DNA of 64,000 bases from Hormiphora californensis (Eukaryota > Animalia > Ctenophora): assembly GCA_020137815.1 (NCBI GenBank), contig CM035351.1, positions 4,216,001 to 4,280,000 on the forward strand, read 5' to 3'. This document shows positions 1-12,000 of the stretch, piece by piece. Both the position numbers and the translations under genes were made by a program. Every line of letters starts with the position of its first letter. Position 1 is the first letter of the stretch. The notes under the pieces were generated by a model that made no database searches, was not told where the DNA came from, and saw only the letters and a program-made list of their open reading frames with translations.

Positions 1-6
1 AGACAG

Positions 7-3000
7 GTTAAATCCAGCCATCTTCTGTCATGGCTGCTTCCCCAAATTACCAACAATGAATGCAACACGTTGGTAAGTACAAACTGCTGAAAAAATTGGT
101 ATTTTGTTTTACAAACAAAGAAATCTCAGCTTGTTTAAATGTTCTACCCCGTTTTTAAAAAAAACCCTCTAGCTCTCTGCCGGGACGCGATGAGAGAGGC
201 AAATATCTCAACCAGATCTAATACACAATTCTTTATCAGACTCCCCTAGATCCTGATATTGGACGGATCACTAATGACGTCATGATTGTGGGAGCAAATG
301 TTCAGCTCACACTGAGTACCTCAATCTACAATGTGGCCCTCGTTCTGGACATGAGCCCTTCAATGTTTACTGTGGTACACGCTCCTTCATAAACACATTT
401 AACTGCTCCTTCATAAACACATTTATTGCTCCTTCATAAACACATTTATTGCTCCTTCATAAACACATCTTCCTCTCCAGGATATGGATTACAAGAAGGT
501 GATAGTGGAGGAAATGGAGGACGTGTTACGGAGTTGTCTGTCATCTCTAATCGACAGAGAGTCTGCGCCCCATCCGTGGAGTGAAGACCCGGACCTCCCC
601 CTAGTGGTCAACATGACAGTTCTAGCTTTCACTCCGCAGTTCGAGAATAGGGTGAGTTTACCATTTTCTAGCCCTCTCTCGCTTTGCCTACCGACTGAAA
701 TTATGAACAGTATGAAAACCCTCTCATACCTAAAATATTTCCCTTCAGATAATCTCCATTCTGGTGCAAGGGTTCCCTCTAACGTGTGATAACAAGAACA
801 AACTAGAGGAAATCATACTAAGGGGATGTCACGAGATATATCATCACATTAAGATGCAGAGTCCAGAACAAGCCCGGTGTTCTACAGACGGTGTCCTGAA
901 ACAGCTCGTCTCAGAGGTGCTTAGCATCCTAAAACTCCAATCCCAGGACAACGAGAATGGAGGAGAAAACAGCAAATTGGGTAATTGCGAAGCACTGCAC
1001 ATTTTGCTCTGATCTTGTCTTCCCTTGTGCCACTAACTTTAGTCTCCCACTAACAATCTCTCCCCCCCCCCTCTCCCTCTCAGCGATGATAATGATAACA
1101 GATGGAGTCCTGGGAGAGACTAAGAACACCTGGCCCATTCTCCAACGGTTCCATGCCCGCTCCACATCCTGCTCCTTTGTCCGAGTAGGACCCACTGAGC
1201 CCAGTACTTATGGGTACGGATACATCCCAAATCTAGCCATGCTGAACTTCCTCTCTCGGGCATCTGGTGGGGTCTACTGGGACTGGGGCCGGGGTGATAC
1301 TAACATTGGACGGATACTTCACTGGTCTCTGTTTTGTAAACCCGCTGAAGAGAAGGGACTGATTGTGAAACCAGTGGACCAACCAGTCAGTATTAACGCC
1401 TCTCTTGCATCACTCATTGCTCAGAAACTGTATCTTGGTTTCAAGATATCTGAGATATCAATCAAGGATCAAGGACGTAAGTTTTTAAAGTGGCCAAGCC
1501 AAGTTATCCAATATTCATTTGATTTGATTTTTCAAATCAAGTTAGCCATGACTAAAGAAAATAATCTGGCCCTCCTTTATTCTGTTCACTTCCACAACCT
1601 GTTCACCCGATTACAGTTGCCACGGATTTCTCGGGAGCCAAGATAACAGCTCTCAAGATTACCATGTCAATGGTATGGCGGAGACGGATTCACGTTCTGT
1701 ACGAGATTATGACGGACCTACCCCTTCAACACATCTCCAAACTGAAACTGTCCCTGTTTGTGTGCACTGATTGTGAGATAGTCAATAGACTACATGAAGA
1801 TGATAACTATAACACTCCAATAAAACTTCTACAACAAGTAAGATATATGGAGATGATCATTATCAGTGTTTGTGCACGACCTACTACCTTAGTCCTTGCC
1901 CACCGTATGTAGCACGTAACTTGAGAGCATCAGAAAGGAAATAAATCGGAGTGCAATGGCAAGCGTTATGAAACTTAGTGCAGTTGTAACTAACAACCAA
2001 CTCTTTAGTTCAAGAAGCTGCTGGATAGCTGTCAGACTTGTGAAACAGAGAGGAAATGGATCCCGGACCTGCATAGCTTTGCATACGGGGGTGTATGCAA
2101 GAAGAGTCTGGAGCTGTGCAAGGGAGAAGTGTATAAGATCCCCACCCTACCTGTCTCTCCGCCTGATTTAGAGTGAGTGGAGTTAGATCCATCCTCAGTA
2201 CTTATCACATTTCTACAGCTACAGGGACTAGGGGGATACATGTTGTCATTGCTTAATGCTCGGGGTACGGTAGTGCTGCGTGATAATTTTAACCCAAATT
2301 TCTCACCAGGATTGACCGAGTTCACAGATTCTGGCAAAGTCTCCCCGAAGAACAAGAATCATTTGATGCCAACTTTGACGCGTACATGTTCAAGTTCTGG
2401 CTGCAGTTCGACCTTACTATCCCCAAGTGCCTTACTGGTATACCTCGGTCAAGGAAGCACACCTCTGGAAATGAGTACCAGATCTATGAGCGATCTCGAT
2501 GTTATGTAAGTGTGTGTAAGTGACACCGTTGTATATATCTGGGTTTTGTATAATATCCCTTCATCTCAACAATATATCGCTTCAACCTCTTCTAATAATT
2601 ATTTCCGCATCAGCTCCTCTAACCCCCTCACCCCCAGTTAACGGACACAGCTCCTCTAACCCCCTTACCCCCAGTTAACGGACGCACTTCACGACTGGGT
2701 GGCTATCGAGCTAGATGGACAGAGGGATGTTAGTATCCGGCTAGTAGAACTACCACCTCAGAACGGCCTACCAGACGGAAGATACAGCTTCGCGTGGATC
2801 CTAGTCCGGTACACGTTAGGTCGGATTCCACGGTGCACATCCAGCGCCTCTATGTCCATCTACCTAGCCATGCACCGAGATATTCCGTTCCAGTTACAGC
2901 ACCAGCTCAAAGACGAACTCCTGGACAAACTGAGATCTATCAAGTTCCACGGGTCTGTCTCCTTGGATTGTAAGATGAAGGTTGGGTTTGAGGGATCTGC

Positions 3001-6000
3001 GAAAGAGATGGAAAAAGGAGAGAGTTTCCTGCCACTTCAACTACGGGCTGACTCCGCATGCAAACATCTCCCCCGGAACATTGAAGATATCTTGTTTTGT
3101 GGATCAACGCCACGTCGATCTGATTTGTTCCTTCATAAACTTATCTGCCGGTGGAAGACGTGCCCTGATATACAGTGTTGCAGCGATGATCTGATCAAGG
3201 ATCTTAGGATTGAGATTTTCAATGCCCTTTTCAGGTTAGAACTAGATAAATAGTTTAGTTCTCTCTTTAGATTAGAACGAATATTTCAGAGATAGTATTA
3301 AAGTTTGTAGACTGAAATAATTATCCTTTACAGAGTTCGCCTGCAAGAGAAGTTTGCACCCATAACAGCAAGCGAAAAGGCCTTTTCGTGTATCAAAATG
3401 CTAGATATGGACACGGGTGGTAATGTGTCCTCGACAGCCATGCTCCAGTATATCATTACTGTGGACGATGAATCTTCGGATCTGAAGAAGGAGTGCCGGA
3501 AAGTGTCCTCTGCTTTTACTAGTGAGGTACTGAGCCTAGCCCCAATATAATCCATTGCATATAATGGCTGTGAAAACTAGTAAATTGGGCACTACAAACC
3601 TTTAAACTGCACCCACTCGGCACTCCATTCCATATTTACAATCCCACTTCCTAATCCCACTTTGCAACCCCAACCTAAACGTAGTCCCACCCCCTTAGAT
3701 ATGGATAGAGCCACAGTATGGAACTGTATCATCATCAGATCCTGACTACATAAATGGTTTGGAATATAACGCCATACTGCCCAAAATCTTCAACCTTGAT
3801 TTTGAACTGATCAGTGGACTGTGCACATTTGCATCTCTCAAGAAGCTGTGTTTCCAACCTGACAAGATACAGCCAAAGTGCGCCAATCATTTTGAAGTAG
3901 TGCCCACCACCATAGCCCAGGTTGGTTGATTGGTTGGGAATACTAAGATGAGGTTGGTAGTGGATATTACTGTCGAAAAAGAGGCTTCGGGGGTAGTCTA
4001 CCTCTACCTCTAAGAGGATTGACTAATATATTGAGGTGGTGACTGGTGTTATTACCACTTTATGAGGTCCGGTGGTGCTGTTTTTTACATACATATGATT
4101 TTCACCCTCTCTCTATTAGCCTGTGGTGACGCCTCATTTGGAGTACCTCTTCCGAGTATCTAACCTAATCAAGAGATCACACATGAACGTTATCAAACTA
4201 CCTCTTCTGCACGTGGGTATGTCTGCAATATATCCTTAGCTATAGGACTTTAGTACGGTGTACCCTCCCTTACTATACCGGGAAGGGGAGTGAGAGAACT
4301 ATAGGACGATCTTTAATTTGGTGGTTTAGATTTTAGGCCAGTCCCTATAATTCTGTTTCTTTCTAACATATCCAACAATCCCCTACTATAGCCCCTGAGA
4401 ACAAGTTGACTGAAGAAGTTGGGGAGAGCGAGGTGGCTCCCAATGTACACATGTTGTCCTGTATCAATGAGCTGCTAGAGGCTGCAACAACACGAACACT
4501 CCGACTCTCTGAATATGATATCAATGCCATCAGAGTAGGTGTACAGAGTGTTGTTACCATGGTTACCATGTGTATAATGTGGTTATCATGGTTACCATGT
4601 GTTAACTGTCCAATTTGATGTTTCGTTGTTGCATTGTCTAACACATTATATATCTGTACAGAATAACGTTCTAAAGGAAAGGAATGTTTTGGATGAATCG
4701 TGTTTCTCTGAGTCAATACCTTACGATAATTGGAGATGTTACGTTAGGGTAAGTTCACTCTCAAGTGTGCGATCCCCGTGCTTCAAGCACAGTTCTTGAT
4801 TACAACACAGCTCAGATATATAATACCCAAGCTAAAACACAAATATATCTCACACAATACCTTCTCAGTTCCACAAGGTAGAAGGGAAGGAGGATACAAC
4901 TCGGTTACAGTTTGTACTAATCCCACTACCCCCTCTCGCCACTACAGAGGAGGCCATTGCAACCTTCTTCACCTCCGGAAATGCTCATGTCTTCCTATTT
5001 GATTGCTTTTACAAGATCCTTTTAGCTAGTTTCACTAACAAAGATAGGTACGTGTTACCCACTAACTCTTATCGACAAACTTACAACAACTCTGATCTAA
5101 GATTCAAGTTTCTCAATCTAAAAAACTAAACGATTACACTTCTATTGGCAGGTGTGACCCAGAGAACCTGTTGTACAAGTGTGACCGGTACTTTGAGAAT
5201 GGAAGAGACGGAATGCAGGACCTGGAGTGTCCACAGTTAATTGTGCAGATCATTGAAGAGAGCATGTCCAGTCACAGCGGTGTAAATCTAGGTACAAACT
5301 GGAAATAATAAACTGAATTGAACAATTATTCTTTCGTCAACAAAGTTGACTTTTCATTACTGATATGAAATTATCGAGTTACAATTCATAACCTGTTTTT
5401 CATATACTCCACTCTGCAGAGAAAGCGTTGGAGTTTCACTTTGTGAGTGAGGTATGGGGATCTTACGAGAAGAGTTATATCCTTGGAGTTCACCACTCTA
5501 TCTACCACGACATCGCTCTGAACAGGGAATGTGTTAACACCGCCCTACAATACCTACAGGTCAGTTAATAGAATGTATTTCCGTTTAAGATTGTATGGTG
5601 AGATCAGGGCTCAGGCGGCTCTTGTTTCGTACTTACGGACTTATTAGTCTTATGAGACTATTTCACCTTCCATCTACCATCAGAACTAGGCTCTCCTCTT
5701 CCCCATTTCCTGTTTACAATATCACTCTCTGCCGGGGACCTGGTGCATATTTCAACCCATTTCCCATCAGAACGAGACAGCAGTAACGCGAGACAGGAGG
5801 TACCTTCACCTCAGCAAGTACTTTGGTGCAGTGTGTTCCCATATCTCCTGCTTCCTCTCCTGTTGCCACACCCATACCGGTCAGTGTTTCAAAATAGATC
5901 TCTAGATGAGAGTCCAGTGTGTACTGTGTGTGTATCAAGTCCGTCATTATAATGTATTTACTTGTAAACTCTAGTGAGATATCAGCGTGTGTTTTGAACA

Positions 6001-9000
6001 TTTTAAGCAGCAAACACTTCATTATGATTATCTCTGTCTCCAGATCCCATGGACCTGTCATATGACAGTGGTGAGATGGAGCTGTGTAACTCAGTACACT
6101 CGGATCGAGCCGAGGACGAATCATCAACAGCAGCGGAACAGGAGAGAACAAGAGAGGATAGCGAGGAAGGGATCCTGACCCCACTCCAGACGGATGATAG
6201 TCTCTGGACGGCCACCAAGCTGGTTTCTAATCTGGTACTACAGTCAGATAATCACTTTGTTAGTGAGATCGTGTCGAGTAGCGCGGAGTTAACCCCTATA
6301 ATGCCTGACAAGCGGGTAAGTTAGAACTACACAGTCGCCCAAATCCTGTTCAAATCCTAATTTAATGCCTAATTTTAATCCTATCTAAATCCTGTTTACT
6401 GATACCTTTACCCCCCCTCCCCAGTTTACAGATAACTTGAAGGTATCCGGTGCGTCCCTGGACCCCGATAGTGGCAGTGACGGGGGTGAGATACTACCTC
6501 CTGACAATGAGGTCCTTGAAACTGTCGGAGAGGTCGCTGGAGAACATCTCCTGGCTGATTCAGTGGAATGTATTGAAGAAAAGAGGGTATCATTTAACGA
6601 GGCTATCTGCCCCTTGATCGATGTAATCTCAAGTACTCCGTGCCCTGGTAATTTAAGGAGAGGGTTACAATTTCGAATCTCCCCAGACTTATACACCAGT
6701 ATACCACATCTGAGTCTCCTGTCTCCTCCCTTTTCCCTATGTATATTCTAGTCTTCTGTACCAGAATACCACTTCCCCAATCTCACGAACCCCTTTTGTC
6801 CCCTCTCAGAGTACAGTATCCCGCTGGAGAAGCACGATTCAATAAAGAGGAAGTTCAATGAGATAATTGATAGCAGATTTATCAGGATTCCCCAGTATAA
6901 TGACCAATACCTTGTTCTTCGATCTCCCTCAACCGATGATAATAGGTTAGTGTGTGGCCGTTTACAGTTGATAATTGATATTTGCATAATTCTGCTACCA
7001 ATTTGGTAGATGAACTAAAATCTACCAATGGTCCCACCACTCTCAACTCACTAACATTTCAGTCTGAGTGGTAACGACCGTCCTCCGGTATTCTTTCTCC
7101 GTATGGATTGTTACCACGAGCACCTCTCGACCCCCGTCTCCTCTCTCCCTACCTGTGTACTGGAGGTACTAACCGGAGACGAGAAGAAGAAGCGAGAGAT
7201 GGAGTTCTGTTTCACTTGTTACACAGTCCCCTCCTCAGTACCAGTTTCCCCCGCTGCTGTTGTCAGGTCTCCTGCCTCGGCTGTTAGACACCGCCGCCGG
7301 GACTCGCATAGGAAGAGTGAGGGAGATAGAAGGTCTAGTGAACGTAGTACCTCTTTCTCTGCTCACCAGCTGTCACGGTCTCTTCATGAGGACTACAAAT
7401 CGTATAGGTACAGGAAATACAATATGTTTTTGCTGTAAGTATTAACAGAATCACAAATTAAGCAAATCCGGTTTATTCACAACACAATTATTGAAAATCT
7501 CAGCTCTACTCTAGCTCTCCTGGGATAACCCAATACACCTCTCCTCCCCCAGGGAAGTGTCTCCATCGTGTTCATCTCCCAACCTATTTCGACAACACGC
7601 CCTCCTTGAATCAGACCAGCTGACTCAGAAATGTGTTATGGATGAGTTGGTTAGGGAGGTACAGTGGTTGGTGGATGATCAGACTATAACCCACCTGAGA
7701 AGGCGGTCCCCTGTTACCATGGATACCTTGCAGCAGGTGAGAGGGTTACCTTACAACAGGTGAGAGGGTCACCATGGTTACCTTACAGCAGGTGAGAGGG
7801 TTAAAGCCAGAGGGGGGGGGGGGGGGGGCCCGGGGGTATAAAAAGTCACTTTTATAGAGGGGGGGGGCTGCCGCAAAAATCTCAGCTACCCTCTTTTCGG
7901 CCGATGAGATTTTTGAGATTTTTGGGAAAATTTGTTCAATTACGTTTGAGATTTTTGAGATTTTTGTGGTAAATTGGCAAAATTTTGGCTGCCAATACTC
8001 AGGTTTTCGACATATTTTTTAGCTTAAAACTGAATCATAATAGCAGTTTAGTAATTTAAATAGGTAGATTTCATGTTTTAACTTCACATTAACTTTTGTA
8101 CTAGAACACAAGGAAAATTTCTATTCAGAATTTTTATTTTTGGTAGAAAAACACAAGGATTGTTTCTATTCCAAATTTTCGGGCAGGTGAGTAGAACTTC
8201 GCTCCTAATAAAAGGCTGCAATAAAAGGCTGCAATAAAAGGCTGCAATAAAAGGCTGCAATAAAAGGCTGCAATAAAAGGCTGCAGAAAAAGGCTGCAAT
8301 AAAAGGCTGCAGAAAAAGGCTGCAATAAAAGGCTGCAATAAAAGGCTGCAATAAAAGGCTGCAAGGTATCACGTATCCAACCAGACTAAAGCGGGGGATA
8401 GACCGAATCGTCTTCCCCTAATAGTGTTTCGTATCACGTATCGGCTGTAAAGAGACCGAATCACCCTCTCCTAATTATAGTGATTCGTGTCACGTATCCA
8501 ACTACACCATAGGCGATAGAGAGAGCGAGATAGAGAGCGAGTACGAGTGAGAACTGAGAGAGTGAAAAATCAGAATCACGGTGTGGTATCACGTACCATG
8601 GTATCCTCTAATGAAAAGTGGTTACCAATTGACAATGAGACCCATCGGTCCCGATACGTGATTCTCTACCGCTATCCCACCGCTATGTATTCTCCATTAG
8701 TCTTTCCGTATCGATCCACGATTCAGTAGAGGTAGTCAGTAACTACTGAAAGTGTTGGTCTAATGAGGTAGAAACTATGATAGGTGAACCAAGTGGTTGG
8801 GTGGTTCACCTGTCATATTGTGAGTGCGTGTAGCACTCATTGTGCTACACGCTCAATCAATAGATCGGTAAGCGGACTCTAGTGCTAAAATCACGAAAAG
8901 CGAACTCGAGATTTCGGCCATTTTCTACCTCATTAGACCAACACTCTCAGTAGTTACTGACTACCTCTACTGACAGTAGCAATTCAGAAGGCCACTGTTT

Positions 9001-12000
9001 GCTGCTCCAAGAATTAAGATGGCTATACAGATAATATCTGGTACCTAAACACATGTTCTACATGGTATTATGTCAATAAAAGAATTCAACCCAATATCTA
9101 CCCCTATTTTTCTCACTCCCCTTCAAGTAGAATCTCCCTTTTTCAACCAAATATCTAGCCCTATTAGCCTCCACCCACCCCGAACCACCCCACCCGCCAC
9201 CAATATCTACATACTAAACAAAACTGTGGACTGAGAACAAATCCTTGCTAGTTTAGCCTTCTAACCTAATTGAACATAATCAGACAGATAGGTCTCACAT
9301 ATCCCGTATCAAAGATTAAGTGAAAACGAAGACGAAACTGTGGTTCAAGATCAAAGTATAAACGTTCCTGGAAAAAATAACCACACAGGACTAGAACAAC
9401 CCCGAGAAGAGCCCCACTCCAAATCTCCCGTTATATTGTGAACCTGCCAGATGGTAGTTCCATGCGAGGGGAGAGGGCGGGGGGACTCTTCTCCAGTGCC
9501 GGCGATATCGCTTTGCGATAGCCCCTGTGGGCTTGCCGTAGGCAAGCCCAGGCACTCAGAGTAGTAGTAGTAGTAGTACCTCTACTGAATCGTGGATCGA
9601 TACGGAAAGACTAATGGAAAATACATAGCGGTGGGATAGCGGTAAGTAAGTTGAGAACATGAATCATGCTGCCAGACCAAACCCAAAGAACCGAGACAAA
9701 CCCCGCAAAACCAACCTCCAAACCTCCACCAAACCTCCAAACCTCCACCAACCTCCAAACCTCCAACAACCTCCAAACCTTCACCAAACCTCCACCAACC
9801 TCCAAACCTCCAAACCTAAACGCAACCTAACCACACCTAACTCCGTCCAACACCAAGAGATCCGGAACAGCGGAAAGACCGAGACCCTCCGTCCACTAAG
9901 ATGGTAAATGTGGACACTCGCCAGAAACCGAGACTCAGATCGAACTCATCAGCCGTAAACCTGACACCGTTTCGGGGCTTTAATTCGGTACGGGTACACA
10001 AGGTACTAAGTCAGGCGCCCCGGCAATCTCGATAATCTGAGACCACCGTTCGATCTATACCCAGTTGCCCGGAATGAATGTGTCGACTGGGGTCCCTCAC
10101 TGCCTCCCCCTTTGACAGGTTTATGACAGTAAGGGTACACCCGTCCAAACACACACTCCACTGCGAGGGCGAGTCTCAACCACTTCACTGCCTCCACTAC
10201 TCCACATTCCTGTACTCCCACTCCTTCTTCGCCGAATGGAAGTAGATCCACATGGAACAGTGAGCAGCCTCTTTCCCCGTATCCTTAACCAGCTTCCTAA
10301 GACCCCTCCCTCTAAACCCAAGACGAGAAGCTGCTCTAACCAGACTATCCGCCACCTGCCCTCGAGCCCCAACCTCTACCGCCATATTAAAACACCTCCA
10401 CCCATTAGACTCACACTCCCTCTCAAGGTCCGTGTACCGTTCAATCTTGAGAGTATGGGCATCCCCTATTCTCTCTTCTGCAGGGCAAGTGAGCTCCCAC
10501 CAGATCACCGTCTTTACCTCTCGCGAGAAGACAACAAGATCAGGCCTTAACCTGGTCTGGGCGATCTCCGCCGGGAACTTGAGCTGACTTCCGATGTCAG
10601 AGAGGACAACCCAGTCCTTAGCGCCTGACAGGATCCCACACCCACTAACCCTCTTCTTCCCCTTCTTCTTCCCCTTCTTACCCTCTGCAACGAACTCGAT
10701 ACTCCGGGACCCTCTCGTGGACCTCGATGCAGCGTTAGCACGGACCTCGCAGTGAAACTGTACCTGCTCGCCTATCTGCCGCAGGACCTTGTCATGCCGC
10801 CACCGGTATCTCCCCTGACCCAGAGCCACCTTACAGCCGGTTAGAATATGGCGAATACTCCCTGGAGCATCACCACACAGCTTGCAAAGACCGTCTTCCC
10901 CTTCCTTCCACTTCTTTGCAAGCGACGGCACGACAAGGGTTCCATAAACTGCTCTTAGGATGAAGCCAACCATTCCCTCCTTCATGTCGAATAGGCTTCT
11001 CCAGCTTAACTCCATCGAGACCACATCCTCCCTCCAAGCTAACCACATCCCCTGAACCTCTAACTGCATGGTCTCTACAGTCCTCACCTGGTCTAACCTC
11101 TCTCGAACTCGCTCAATCACAACACCTCTCCTCTCGCTGTCCGACAGCTTCTCCCAAGGCTTTCGCCACTCACCGAAGCCAATCCCTGCCCTAGGGTATG
11201 GAGGAATCATACCGCGGACTGCATCACACCGAACATCACTAACTGCCTCCTCTAACTCTTCCCCTGCTTTCCACTTCCTACCAGACCTGACAAGAGGCTG
11301 AAGCGCTAGGATAACTTCATCCTGTGAAGAACTGTAAGTCTGCTGCAATCTACACTTCTCCACTTTCCAGGTGTCAAGGAGGCTGTTCAACGGGAGCCGT
11401 ACAGAAGACTCCGAGTTGAACAGACAAAGTCTGCTAAGAGTGTGACCTCCACCCAACCACTTTCGCAGGAAACTGTTTACTGACTGTTCCCAGGCTGCTA
11501 CGGTGGTCAACGGGGTGTCGTAGATTGCCAGAGGCCACTTCATCTTAGGCAGAACAAGGTACTGGTAACCCCAGCACTTCTCCAAACCCGATAATCCACT
11601 CTCGTCCAACCGTCCCATCCACAACTTCAGCTGGCGAGCTGTTTCCTCGATGGCGACGGTGTCCCTTACATCAGCCCGAATCCACCGACCAAGGAACTTA
11701 ATCGGCTTCTCAGTAACGTTCGGGATCGTCTCACCCCCAAACGACAAACTCACCGACTCTACCACCTTACCTCCCTCCAACACCAGGGCCCGAGACTTAG
11801 ATGACTTAACAGTAAATCTCGCCCACTCCACAAACTCACCAAACACCGACAACATAACTTGCATGTCACTCTGTGTGGCAGTGACGAGGCAACTGTCATC
11901 CATGAACAGCTTCAAAGGAGGGACCGGTGTGCCATCTTTCACGTAGGCCACACTACGCGGTATCTTAATGGCCAGATACTCCGATACCATGTTCATACAC

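Noticed and set aside
8084-8364. ORFs of repeated LQPFIAAFYCSL (also 13105-13504)
   Set aside because: They are translations of the 13-bp TIR array of element B, not genes.
8200-8365. Regular short repeats as a CRISPR array (also 53620-54250, 61050-61230)
   Set aside because: No unique spacers, no cas genes, eukaryotic context.
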